NCBI RefSeq assembly: GCF_001194135.2
Contig: NC_068986.1
Span: 71,569,890 to 71,633,889 of the forward strand
Length of the DNA stretch: 64,000 nucleotides
Source: Octopus bimaculoides
Lineage: Eukaryota
Direction: 5' to 3'
Below the pieces are notes generated by a model. That model did no database searches. It was not told the DNA's origin and saw nothing but the letters and a program-made list of their open reading frames with translations. A program made the translations under genes and the position numbers. Of this stretch, positions 11,760-25,898 are shown piece after piece (position 1 is the stretch's first letter; the number at the start of each line of letters is the position of its first letter).

Positions 11760-14160
11760 CATCTTTCTATCTGTGATTGGGGTACGTGGAGGTACGCCCC
11801 ACATACCATAACTTCCATACCCTGTATAGCTGGAATGGGGTAGACAGGACTCCCTGAACCGAGGTGAAGGTAAGCTGCCTAGGAGAAGGAAATCTCTTAT
11901 AAGAAAAAAACCATCCGCAGAACTGAAATACCAAGCTTGTGTCTGCGCGGGATAAATTTACCTCATGGCTAAGGAGAAGTCTTAAGCTTTGGACAGCAAT
12001 CTCCCTTGAGATGGTGTCGTGTATGTAAAAATATCCGGATGTAGGACTGGCGATTCACTTCTGCATGAGCTACTGAAAGAATAACCCTGATGTCCACTTG
12101 CAGCGCCAGGGTTCGAGCCCCTGCTTCTTCAGATCCAAATTCTTACCTTGTTTCCCATGAAACGTATGACCACCTACCTCTAAACTCTTTAGAGTGGGGT
12201 AGCTGTGACGAGGTAGATGTAGATGCGGGAACAACAAACAAGTTTATGAAGTGCAAAAGACCTGTTGCCTACAGCACTTTTTAACTCACAAACTTTATCA
12301 AAGACAAGCAGAAAACAAGAACTCCTGCATCGTGTAAAGAAGAACAAAGTCGATATCTTGAGCATCCAAGCACACTGGCATCATCACCCTGACACAAATT
12401 TGAAGTATGCCAACCTTGATAGATACCAACTTATTACGACCTCTGTTACCAAAAACTTCCAGGGCGCCACTATAGGCGTTGTTGGTATTCTCCTGTCTCC
12501 AAGGGCCTCAGAGAACTTGCTCTCTGTTGAGAAAATATCTGACCGCATAATTGTTGCATTCATTGGGTGTTACTGCTCAACTAACAGATGTGATGAGACA
12601 CTTGCAGACGACTTCTACTTCGATCTGAAGAGAGTAACAGAAAGTGTCTCTTCCCACAACTTTTTTGTTATAGCAGGTGATTGTAATGGACAAATAGGGA
12701 GGGATGATGCTCTATTCACCTATAACAAGGAGACTCATCGGAACAGGATAAAACTGATTGATTTTTCTTACGAGTTCCAACTACAGATTGCAAACACAAG
12801 GTTTATGAAACACCCAAGGTGTTTGTCAACATTCCAGCATCCATCTAGATCTTATTCACGAATCGACAACATACTTGTGATAAACAAGTGGAGGAACAGT
12901 GTCCGAAATGCACAGGCATACTCCTCTTTCACATCTATTGGATCAGATCATAGAGTTACTTCCACATGCTCTGTTCTCATCCTTAGATCATCAGAACCAC
13001 CAGTGTCAAACCCCATGAAACAGGTGGACTGGTCCAAGTTATCATCAGATAACGACTTAGCGCACTCATTTTCAGTAGATGTCAAAAACCGTTTTGAAAT
13101 GCTCTCAGAGCACACTGACATCATTGAAATACAATATTATAACCTCGTAACAGTCACAGAAGAAATTGTCCTTTCAAAACTACCAAAGAAAGAAAGAATA
13201 AAGCACAGATCTATTCATGCAGATGTCTGTGTGAGAGAAGTAAGGAAGCATCTAGAAAGATCGAAACTTAGACATGAACTGAGGCCTACTAAGAATAACT
13301 TCAAAGATGCTTCCAAAGAAGCTCAAGGAACACTAAATGAGGCATATGTCAATGTAGAAACAGATTACATTCTAGCTGAGATTAACAAAATTGCATACTG
13401 CCAAGCAACGTGCTGCAGTATGGAAATTAGTAAACACACTAACTGGAAGAAAATTTACGCCCTCCATCAAGCTTAAAGGTGGTTCCTCTGAGAAGCGCAA
13501 CGCCAACTGGTTTGACCACTTTCAGAAACTTCTTGGAGAACCACCACAAAGTAACGGTCTTCCACTTACTCTACACCAAATATCTAATGTATTAAACATC
13601 AACGCGAACCTTTTCACGTTGGATGAACTCAAAGTAGCTCTCAGAAGTTTGGCTAGCAATAAATCTCCAGGACTTGATAACATACCAACATTACTGTGGT
13701 AGAGCCAATATTTCATGAAACGTTACTAGATTTCTGCAACGAAACATATGCACATCATTTGCCTCCATCAGCTCAGTTGAAGGGTGGAAATGTCCCTGTC
13801 CAAAAAACAGGTGATCTAACAAATGCAACAAATTATAGAAGCATTACTCTGATCCCAATTGCATCAAAAGTTTCTAAACAAACTTCTGCTTGATAGGATT
13901 GTACCTATGCTCGATCCACTTCTTCGTAGGAATCAGAATGGATTTAGAAGGGGGCCAGTCAACAACTACTCGAATCCTTTCCATCTGTCGCATACTTGAA
14001 GAAATGAAAAAGTTTAACAAGAGCGTCACAATCTGTTTTGTCGACTTCCGCAAAGCATTTGACTCCATCAGCAGAGATCTTATGTTTAAAATTCTTGTAC
14101 TCTATGGTATTCCTCCCAGGATTGTTGATGCTTTCAGAGCGCTGTACACAAACACCACTG
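11760..14160 (+). mobile_element. RTE-type LINE 1, inverted 5' half (5' region, APE endonuclease, RT domains 0-3)
   Basis: ORF 12265-13476 has APE motifs (FNSQTL, VGILLSP, AGDCNGQIG, RIDNILV, GSDHR). Frameshifted RT follows: KSPGLDNIP, NYRSITLI, FVDFRKAFDSISR...LYTNTT. It ends at a TSD copy at 14160-14169. The 5' start is approximate. Confidence 0.9.
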
Positions 14161-14844
14161 AGTTCTTATAATGATGATGCAGTGGTACAGACATTGAATT
14201 ACTGTTACTAATTGTATTCAATACCTATGTTGCATCCGTTGCAACACTCTCAACAAAATAATTAGCAGAAATCAGTACTACCCACTTTCAAAGTTAACAC
14301 CATTTACATTAATTACATATACGCACACCATAAAGTACAGTAGCGTTGAGAAAAACAAGAGAAGAATGAAAGCACTAAATATATCATAAAGGATCGTGAA
14401 TTATCATCGCAAAATAACCAAGTACTTCTCAGTTTGACAAGCAGAAGAGCCACTTCTATCTTTAAGATTTTCAGGGAGAGTGATAATTGCTATTGTCATT
14501 GTCTTTCATCCAGACACTACTTGAAAGATATGTGTCATAAGTTTGATAACAACAGTAATTTACTGATTGATGCTTCCTCTTCTCATGGACTACTTTCGAT
14601 TAAATTAGGGGAGAGTTGACCAACTTCCATTTGAAAATATGTAACCGATGTAAATCGGCTGATAAATGGCTTCAGAAATACACAAGGATCCAGTAACGTT
14701 AATTTTTGAATAAAAATACTGTTATTTTTCAGTATGCACAGTTAGACAAGTAGGAGAAAACAAATTCGATATTGTTATAAATAGAAAATATATCCAGGAC
14801 CTCCATACTCATTAATGTAGCTAACGTATAAAGTCGAAAAGGCC

Positions 14845-15045
14845 GCGAGCTGGTAGAGTCGTTAGCACACCATGCAAGATGCTCAGCGGCATTTCGTCCA
14901 CCTATCCGTTCTGGGTTCAACTTCCATCGAAGACGGATTTGCTTTTAACCCTTTCGGGTTCTATTAAATGAGGTACTTATTGAGCACTGGGGTAGATGTA
15001 CTCGACCTGCCTCCTCCTCTCAAACTGCTGACCTTGAGGTAAAAG
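14845..15045 (+). mobile_element. SINE family A, diverged copy
   Basis: Contains gcgagctggtagagtcgttagcac...ctgggttcaacttcc...tttgcttttaaccctttcgggtt...actggggtagatgtactcgacc. Confidence 0.75.
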
Positions 15046-15859
15046 TTGAAACCAAAGACAAATCTAGGATTCTCTGATAAAAAAAAAAGCGTTTGTTTAG
15101 TTCGTTTCTTCACCAAAGCTCCAATCCTCGATCAATACAAAACTGGAGGCAACAAGGTAACCCACGTTAGTGGGTAAAGTAGAGAAACAATAACAGAAAT
15201 TAAAGAAATAAATCTAAATATAAATACCTAGAGATACTACAAAAGAAAAGTGTAACAAGTATTGTTTTTGACTAAACACTTCACATTACAAAACACAATA
15301 GGTAACTTGGATGTGAAGATATAGTTGCTCATATTTCTCCTAGATTTCCAGTCTTAATCCAAAAGAATGTATAAGCTCTTGGTGCTGTTTCAATTTTTAT
15401 ACATTGGAAAATATACCAGTATTAAAGAATACTGAAAGAAGGTAGATGGTACAAATTCACACCATAAATGTCTCAGAAAAAGAAAAAGTGACCAAATCTT
15501 GAACTACACTCGTTTAACACATAAACGGAAATGAGAAAAAATGCGCAGACTGTATTGTCAAAAGAAACAAAAAACATATTTTTTTATACATATACATATG
15601 CAGTCCTATGGACTGAAGTAAACAATTACGATTGTGTTAAACGTTTATGGCTGATGTGACAGACAATTACATATGTATTACTTGATGAGATATTCTCCAT
15701 AATGGAAGTAGAAAATGTACTTCAGCTAACGAAATATCTATATTATATTTACACAATCATTCAGAAAGAGTTGAAAATATGAGAAAAGGCTAGCAAGAGA
15801 CGATCGATTGAGTATCTGTTTCGAATTCCAGTATAAAGTTAAGTTGTTTTTTTAAGGGA

Positions 15860-16235
15860 GAGATACAATTTGACACCAGTACGTGACCGGTACTTTATTT
15901 TATTGACTCCAAAGGGATGAAAAACAAAATTGAGCTCGGCGGGATAGGAACTTAAAAGGGGAAGAGCCAGAAGAGCGCAAGTTATTTTTTTCCGACGATG
16001 TGACGATTTTGATAGCATGCTGCCTTTAAATATGGCTTCTGATTTGGGTAGAAAGCCAGTGATTTTAACGGGTAGACTTAATCGATACCGCCCACTCTAG
16101 TACATGACCAGCATTTTATTTTATCGAACCTGGATGTAGGAAAAGCAATAATGATTTGAACACAATGTAAAGAACAGGGAGAAATGCTACAAGGCAATTT
16201 GTCCAAAGATTCAATGATTCAGCCAACCCGCTACC
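15860..16235 (-). mobile_element. Two tandem diverged SINE family A copies
   Basis: ggtactttattttattgactccaaagggatgaaaaacaaaattgagctcggcggga occurs, followed by a second similar unit at about 16070-16235. Confidence 0.65.
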
Positions 16236-16850
16236 GTGAACATCTAAAGCTAATGAAAGGGAAAATAATAAACATAATGAGAATAAAAATAATTATTACG
16301 GATTAACACAAACCTTACTTTGTGATTTTGAAGCACTGGATTATTTGATATCCAAATTTAACACATTAGCAAACATGGCAACACAGCGAAAAAAGAAAAC
16401 AACAAAAAAGCACGGACAAGAGTAAATGATCAGTATAATTGCGCTGTGAAATATGTGAAAGAAATGCAATTGAACTTCTGTAGTTGTCCTTCGACAAAAT
16501 TAAAAGAAACGAGAAGAGAAAGAGAAAAAGGAAGAAAAAAACTTGAAGCTGTATTCAGAGATTAAGTCGGCTGAAATGGCAGGCCGGAAGTCAAGAGAGT
16601 CCATCCTACTATATTCACATCCTGTTTGCCTTCTGGCGTATTACATCTACGAATCCCATGTTATTTTGTTCTTAATTTACTTTTCTTTCCTTCAGTCTGT
16701 CATGACTGAAAATATTTCCACCTATTTTCTTTTACAACATAATTACACGGAGTTTTGTACTCTAGTTTTTGCTGTTTCCTTGTTATTTTGGCCCCGGTAC
16801 ATATTTACAACATACACACAGACACGAACACACACGCGCAAACACAAAAT

Positions 16851-16881
<31 letters not shown>

Positions 16882-17239
16882 TTACGCACTGACGCAGACA
16901 TACTTCAGATTACCGATGATACCTTCATTAGAATATTTAACGAGCCAGTAACAATTTCTTATTAGCTTACAGGTTACTGGTGATAAAACGACTATATCTG
17001 AGCGATTCGCTCTCCCAGATTATCAGACAATATCACGATACAGAATAAAGAAAAGACAGTGTAACTTAAATGATAGATCGTGCCCTATACAATATACGAA
17101 GGCCCCTTAGGGTACGCATTATACCCATCAGTTACGTGAAATCTTGATATATGAGAAACAATCTTCCCTTGAATTACAAACACGTAATCCAAGGGAAGAT
17201 TGCATTCGACTTAGTCGATCCAAGTGAAGACTATATACC

Positions 17240-18260
17240 ATAAGTTAGATCGATGAACATAGAGTAAAATCAAGATATACAACACAGCAATTATTCCAGG
17301 AGTGTTAGGGTTATAAATATTTGGGTACGCTGCAGGCAATGAGTTGAAATAAAAGATAGAAACAAACAAGATCTATGAAAAGATCAAAGAAACAAAACTA
17401 AATGGAAGACACATCGTCAAAGGAATTCGCTAGGCTATAACAATATTCAGCAATACGAAACCTTCCTTCAGTGAACGAAAAATGAACTTAGTGAATTTGA
17501 GAGATGCATCAGAGAGCAACATCCAAAATGAGATACTGGCATGAAATAAAGAATGCGCCTACCATGAAAATAGGAAAACAAGAGAATTGCTAAGAATAAC
17601 AGATACAGTAGACTTGACAATTACTGAACATGTGAGAAAACTTATCGTAATTAGATAAAAACAAAGAAAAAGTGAGAGAATGGGAAACTGGAGAGTAGTG
17701 TTTTATAGTCAGTACTGAAATATAGAGAGTTTAAAAATCATTGATGAAGTATAACCAGATGTAGTAATTTTCAGCTCTACGGCTAAATAATCGAAATTGT
17801 TTATGAAGATTTCACGATAAAGTAGATAAAAATACATTGGAAGGCATTTAAGAAATTTTAATACATATTAAATGTAAACGGAAAGGATAGCTTTAGCGAA
17901 AAAGACAGTGTGAAAAACTGTTCAGACGACACTGCAGACAGTGTTAGGTATTTGAGACAATGATACCAAAATAATGATAGGAGAGGAATAAAAGCAATAT
18001 CAGATCCTAGATACAAGCATCAATGCTACAGGAAGAAAAGAAATACAAACTTCCTTAAATTTGGGCAGAAAATTCGGAAAGTTCCGGATCATGTGCACCC
18101 CATGGGAATATTGAGCAAAACATGAATAGACAGAGATATATACGAAACTGATAAAACCAAGATACCAGAATTTAAGAAAATTATCTTTATTTTGCAAAGA
18201 TAACTGTGTTAATTTTAGAAGTGAAAAATCTCTGGTTACAAACAATGAAATATTTGAGAT
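17240..18260 (+). mobile_element. Old, degenerate R4/Dong-like (RLE-type) LINE fragment
   Basis: Scattered motifs: YKYLG.LQ, a K.KLNGR.IVK-like segment and a KVPDHVHPMGILSK segment resembling the R4-type C-terminus. Many stops and frameshifts. Confidence 0.4.
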
Positions 18261-18271
18261 ATTAAAATTTC

Positions 18272-18340
<69 letters not shown>

Positions 18341-18342
18341 TA

Positions 18343-18471
18343 ACATTCTACGCAAAACACTTTCAATACAGTAAACATAAGAGCACCACAGCAAACCACA
18401 GCACATACCCAAGGCGCACAGAGCTGCGCTCGGTAGTGAAGTGAAAGCACGTTATAAAAATAAAACTACTG
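18343..18471 (+). mobile_element. R4/Dong-like LINE extreme 3' end between (AAT)n arrays
   Basis: Nearly identical to 42188-42316 (acattctacgcaaaacactttcaatacagtaa...aaaactactg). (AAT)n lies on both sides. Confidence 0.85.
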
Positions 18472-21400
18472 AATAATAATAATAATAATAATAATGATAA
18501 TAATAATAAATGCTCTGATGCAGTACCAGGCAGTGGTAAGTAAAAATATCCGCATGTAGGACAACCTGAGACCAACATCATAAGTATCAAAACAAGAATC
18601 ACTAATGGTTAACAGCTACTTAAACTTCAGATCCCTTGATTATTCTTTACAATAACCCCTTGTTTATTTTTAAGTTTCCGAAGTGGTAATTAATATCAAG
18701 CAAGTATTCCTGTTATGTCATGTGTTACTTAAAAAATGCTAACGATCAAACAGATAATCATAGCATTAGTATATTGGGCCAAAACTTACCGACATATTTT
18801 TCTTTTGTGTTTCGGCAATACTGATTGCTACTCTCTCATGTAAACAAACAACAGCAGACAGTTGCTGGGGGACACAGATTTCCTTATAATATACCGAATG
18901 AATATATTTGTAACTCGTTATATTAAGTACACGTTTATAGCTATATTTTTAATTCATAACATTCAGTTGCCAATCTTTCTAAAACTAAATGCCGGTAGGC
19001 CTGCCGCAGTACTACAACTAACACTTGTCAGTTATCCACGTCTATACAAAGCCTGACTTTCAGCATATAGAGTGCAGGATGAATTTTAGGGGGAATATTT
19101 GAGGAAGAATAAAAACACGCCTTATATGTCGGAAAATACGATATTTGAAAGAATACTTTTGCATAAAGCAAACACTCATATGATTATAAATTTCTGATGA
19201 ACAATTCCATAACTGAAGAAGAAAGATAATGCGTTTGACAATGCATGCCATACATAGCACCTGTAAATGCTAGCTTGAGCAAGAATGTCACCAACAATAA
19301 GCAGATCCTTTAAGTACGTCACGAGTAATTAACAAAGAATTCTGCATAAATAAACAAAAGTTCGATTATTAAAAATATCCATCTCTATCAAAAGAGAAAA
19401 ATTTTTTACTCCATTTTTGTTTGGTGTTAACAGCTTGCTAAGCCAATCTGAACAAGGGTACAATGAAATGCGAGAAAAAAAATATTTTATATATATGGTC
19501 CCAAAGTTGTACACAGCAATAGAAGTATTGCTGTAGGCAATATCCAGGTTTGCTATGAAATTCAGAATATAGAAATGCACCAAGAAGGGCCATGAAAAGA
19601 TGAATATGAATTAAAATTAAGATTATAGCAGCTAAAAATATGAGAGAATTATACTAAAAAAGAGACTTACAAATTTTAGAAATGAGTGACATAGACAGAG
19701 CATAACATACAGATTGAAAATGCAACAAAATGTCCCTGTAATAAGTTATAATATCCCTATTGAACGTTCAGTAATCAAGAATGAATAGACCTAATAACAC
19801 GAAAATTGACTGAGTTTAGAATAAACGATTCTGAGACTGGTGTAGGGAAATTATATCTGCAGTTAATCGGGGAAGGTAGAGGTTCTCCATCTAGAAAACT
19901 ATCGTAAAATTACGGCGTTAAGACAATATGAATATAGAGCAATGAAAGAGAAGTATGATCAAAACAAAAAAAAAATGTTTCATGTCTTCAAGGAAGCCGA
20001 GGAAATTGTTATGAAATAAAGAAAACTGCTCTGAAAATGGAATTTCAAAAAATCGTGCTGAAACGATGGAGAGAAATTCCCCTCATCACCAATGCCTTAG
20101 AAGTGCAGCGCTCAGAGCTGACATCGAAGCAAAGGACTAATGTGTGCCTATCAGAAACGTCGAATAGTACTACGATTAAGGAGTGTATCCTTCAATGTTT
20201 TGTAATCGGTACCAGAAATACAACTAATTCTGTAAAAAGATTAACACATCGTGTATCATATTACCGAAAGGGTATGCAGTGTGAGATTGAATTCGAACAA
20301 AAGCTTAGTGCATATTCTTAGCTTACAAATAAACGTTTCTAACTTAAATCTAAACTGGGACAATATTTACATCAAGTAATAATATACCTATAACAATGGT
20401 ACGTAAATATTCTAAATACACGGTCTTGGGCTAAGACTAATAGAAAATTATTTTTTAAAAACAACTCAAATCAGAATGATCGATATTTAAAGTAAGAACG
20501 TTTCCTTCTAGAACTGTTTATTGATAAATATCTGAAATTTACAAATATATAAGAAATTTCAAAAATTGACAATATATTTCTAGTTGAATACACCAGATAC
20601 ACGTCGTCCAATATTTTCTACATTGTAATAAAATAATTCTTTCTTTAATTATATAATTAAAGCCCTAGTCAGTGGCATTCGATAAAATATAAAAACACAT
20701 TTAATGTCAATTTAAACACATTGCATCGGATATTTATTGTTTACTATATTTTTTAAACACTATTTTATATCGGAAAAATTATAGTCATTGTAGGCTAAAT
20801 CTCTTGCAAAATATCACAAGATTTCTCCTTAGTTCACATTCACTAATTGCACCGATGTTTGATTAAGCTTGGATTTACAATGTTAAATGCATTCAAATAT
20901 ACACAAAACAGCGTTGGATACGATAAGTAGTTGTTCGCCGTAAGCCAGGAAACATTTGAAATTGGCGAGAAGTAAACATAAGAGTAATTGATTTGTAAAG
21001 AAGAGGTCATAAAAGCAAGTTTTCTCAACAACACTTCTTGACTCAATGTTATCTGCTGCATTTAAAAGTACCAAAGTAGCCGGTAGCAAGAATAATTAAA
21101 GTATAAAGATACAGAAAATGAATCCCATTCATGTATTAGAAAGTGATAGTTATTTAAACGTGATTATCAGACATGAAAATTATAAATATGGTTATGATTA
21201 ATTCAAAGAATTTTTAATATGTTTCAAAATCGAATTCACTGAGATAAAGTTAGAAATGAATTAGTAACAAGAAAAGCTGAATGAAATATCCAAGTGCAGA
21301 TCATGAAATGTTTGAAGCAATTAACCAAACAAGTACACATTTTTGTTTACAGAAATTCCTGTAAACATTGCTCCTGAAACTAAACTTATTTTTATAAAAC

Positions 21401-22212
21401 GAAAAAATGCGCTTGAAGTCAGTTGTAAAACAATATTAACGAGAATAACAAACAACTGACATACCTGCCGGACTAATGAAGAACAATTTATAAATGGCGC
21501 TAGTAATGATGTTAAAACAATAACGTTTAAGTATGTTTAAAGAAAAATTCCATGGAAAGCTCAACCACAGTTGTTGTAGAGAAATAACTATAAGAGCCCT
21601 AATAAAGACATCACGAAAAGGACTCTAAAAAGAATAACTAAAATATCTCGAAAAAGGAATAATTAAAAGGGCCCTTATAATGGAGATGACTTAATAATTT
21701 AGTGATCAATAATGTTCTTAAAGGTCTTAAAGAGTTCAAGTATGTAAGCATATATAGAGTAAAATGTAGTAGCGTATCAATGACAAAACTGCGTATATAT
21801 TTTTTATTATTCTATAGTCCACATCTGATGTATTTCTTATGTCACAAGCATTGCTTTCACGTCAATATTGTTTAGTCCCATACCATCGCTGATTGAGCAA
21901 ATTTATGATCAATTAATTCCAACCATTGCTCTCCCGTTCTTTAAAGCTCATGATGTGTAGAACTACACGAATCCTTCGCTTTACGAAAGTAACGCATTCC
22001 TGAAAATCCGGCTGTAACGTCGCTTTTCAAGAGCACTCACTACTAGTTCTTTTAAAGTCTTATTTGAACGGTCTGATGTCAGTTTATCAAGGAATAAACA
22101 ATGCGGTTATTATTATGACGAGTTAAAATTATTGCGTGCAAGATTTCAAATCACTCTTCATTGCCAGCCTATGAACTTCTCAGCCCATCCTCATAGATAC
22201 ATGTGTGTGTGT

Positions 22213-22269
<57 letters not shown>

Positions 22270-24924
22270 TGTACCAATGAATGAAAAAGACAAAGAAAAT
22301 TCATTAACATGTCTTTAATTATAAGTTACAAATGTTTCTGTACCATCAACGTAATATTTGTGGATTTAAACATTGGAGAGGCACGCACTTCCTCAGACTT
22401 GCATCGAAGGTGTACTATTACATTGTACATCCTTCAGACCTTGTTAGGAAAATATGCATATAGTATTATGTTGTATTTAGGCTTGATAGCCTTAATGGTG
22501 ATGAACACAGCAGGTCGGAATACTCTGGTTAATGTTCAAACCGACCAAACTAAATTGTAAGAAATTTCGTGATATTGTCATCAGAACAATTTTACCTTGC
22601 GCACGTTCTTTCCGAATTCCAGGCTGAATAAATTGCACCTTGAAATCCCCTGGTCTTTGTTTATGACAGTTCATGGAAGTTCTATTTATACATATCCTTT
22701 GAATATTTAGATTTCCCCTTCCTAACTCGTTTTGTGTCAAAAACACTGCATTAGCTAAATGTTTTTTGAATGCATTTCGTAGAAGAATTGACAAGTATTA
22801 GCAATCTGGCTCCATATTTTCTCATAATTTGAAAAAGGAACTGAGTTTGTTCATTGAATCTTGCACAACTTTATTAATTTCATATTTCAGTACCTATCAG
22901 CTGTTCTACTTGTGCTGTCAATTTCTCTTCCCCATCACTTATTTCATTTTCTTCCTAGATTTCTTTATATTACTGTAACATTTGTTCAATCCTATCGCTT
23001 CTTTCTTTCTCTTTCTCTCTCCATTCTATTAGTTACTCATATAATCACAAATGTTCTTATTCATTTTCACAATCCTCCTTCATAATTATGCACTTTTCAT
23101 CATGCTATCTTATCAGACTGCATCCATTATTATCATAGTATAGTGGCTGCCCTGTTCAATCTCTTGCTGCCGATTCCGCCTTTCTTCATCTTCCCCTGTC
23201 CACTATTAATATTTTTTTTCTGTTTTATTCATCATTTTTACATTTCATTACATTTTTTATTCTTTCTTTCTCTATATTATGTGTACATCTGTCGGCAAAA
23301 TGTATCAGCAAATGATGTAAAACATCGATCAGAAAATTGTTAAAACGGGGTTTTTAAAGAAAAATCTGTTGTGACATTTGTTCTATCTTAGTTGCACAGA
23401 CAATTTCTTGTTACTCTTGCCTTCGTAATTACAGTGAATGAGTAATGGGCCGTTTGAAACTTGTAATCAACTTGTAATGATGTATTAAATAAACAACAAC
23501 CAATATCACATAGCGGATTTAGAGGAATATAAGTTTCTTTTTAATAGAGAAAATGTTGCCGAAATATTTTCTTTATTATATTTCCATTTAGTCTCTTATC
23601 CAATTGGCTTTTATTAGGATCTTGATTCAAGCGAATGTAATTATAGATAAGCCACAAAGTATAACTGATTCATATTCAATCCAAATTATGTACCTGGAAC
23701 TTAAGTTATGCAGTTATTTCATGTCAAATAATATAGAAAAATATAAAGAAAACTCATCTGAAATAGGAAACATTCTTCAGACGGATCTATCATAAATTAT
23801 TCCCCTCAAAGTGTTTCTTTGTTTCTTATTCTGTATTGTGCACCCTCCTTCGAAACATAGCATGCAACTATAGAGCTACTGGGCCACAGTGTGAGTGAGT
23901 CATTATTGAGAAGCATTCTTATATTGGATATTGATGCGATGGTAATAAGTGTCAAAAAGCGATTATAGATGGTTGTATTATGATACATTATGCTATAGAG
24001 GTTATTTTCATATTTCTACAGTTGTAGACAGACATGTATAATTTTCTTCAAGAACCGCATTATTTCCTTTGCATCGTCTTTCCCTGTAGTTATTAATATA
24101 TTTTCAATAAATCATCCTGAAATTGACTTCTACAATTTAACTGTCAATTTTTATTAGGGTTATTGCTTTCTCAAACTAATCGATTGCAGTAATTGTTATT
24201 GCGTCTGAATATAGCGCCTTATAGCTTTCATAAGGTAATGCCCCAGAAGAAGAGGTCAGCCTCATATTATGCTGTCATATGCTATAATAGACTACCCCAA
24301 TAGATATTATGTGTATTTTTCAGAAGTTAGATTATATATTTTTAACATGCATCACTTGTAGCGTATCTTAATAAATCTATTAGACTAGATGCTCTTTTTT
24401 CATGAATACGACAAGTCCAGATTGATATTTGTTGGTATCTTCTAAGAATAATATTTAGAATGATATTTATGTAATAGATCTTTTAACTTGGTGTCAAGAT
24501 GCAATCATTTCTAATTTGATTATCTATATTTGTCTAGGTCAAATTATATGTAGACTTTTAAAAGATCCCTCAAATTTTAATACCAGTTAATAACAGAATA
24601 ACAATTAGTTTAGTGATTATTAAAAAATCACTTGCCATTTGCTTTCTAAAGGAATATGCAAAATTTTTCCTCGATGATCAAACAAGCATATATTGGAAGC
24701 CAATCTCTTAACAGTACTATCAAAATTCAATAATAATACATTGTCAACAAGTATATAGGTGAAATCTATTTATCTAAAACATTATCTTTATTTTCTTTGG
24801 ACAACTACTATTACATAGAAGGGAGCAATTCAAATGATTTTCGTATACTACACGTCGAAAGACAATATAGATTTCTATTCTTTCATGGCTGTTGTATAAG
24901 CTTTTGCTATCTTATCCATTAAAG

Positions 24925-24925
<1 letters not shown>

Positions 24926-25010
<85 letters not shown>
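24926..25010. repeat. (TA)n microsatellite (one of many AT, AC, AG and ACAT arrays in the window)
   Basis: Directly visible. Confidence 0.95.
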
Positions 25011-25014
<4 letters not shown>

Positions 25015-25228
25015 TAAACAATGGGGTAAAAAATTGGATATTAATTCATGTCAATTTAATACCAGGTAACTAGCACATTAAAAGATTCAAGGAGATTTTG
25101 TTGCTTCGCTGAATTCCCTTTGAGAATTATTTAGTCTTAGTAGACACATGACATGTGATCTTCTTCTAGCACTTTACCAGTCCACCTAATGGCCTCCTGT
25201 ATATAAACTCCTATATATTTTTATATAA

Positions 25229-25289
<61 letters not shown>

Positions 25290-25290
<1 letters not shown>

Positions 25291-25752
25291 TGATTGTTTC
25301 ATCTTGACAGATGACAGCCGTCCCATCAATACACGCCACACACCATCCCACACCACAATCCCTCCGTTGATGAGCCCTTAGATGACTTTTAAGACCAGCT
25401 GCTGACTAACAGCGTTTAAAAGACAAGTGACAGATATTATTCAAGTTTCTTCTACATCTTTGCCCTTTAGAAACTGATTGTGAAGGAATGTATTTGTGAA
25501 ATAGCACATGTCTTTTAAGTCCAGATATTGTTTTACAAGTTTTATGACATATGACACAAGACGTCGTAAGAGGAATTTCGATTTTCCTGTGATTTCGTAT
25601 GATTCACGTATCCTGCTTTTGACAACAGAACAGGATTATACACAATACATATCCAATGTTGACTGTTGATTTCAGTTCTAATTCTTCCTTTGAGACAGAC
25701 CTTTTTAAGCTCATGCACACATACGAACACACATCTATATGAGTGTGTGTTC

Positions 25753-25803
<51 letters not shown>

Positions 25804-25846
25804 CGTATACATATACATATATATACATACATATATATATATATAA

Positions 25847-25898
<52 letters not shown>

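Noticed and set aside
16543-16965. 140-aa ORF with a good-looking splice acceptor (ttttctttccttcag)
   Set aside because: No domain similarity, runs into (CA)n, and no partner exons found. A host exon cannot be excluded without RNA-seq.
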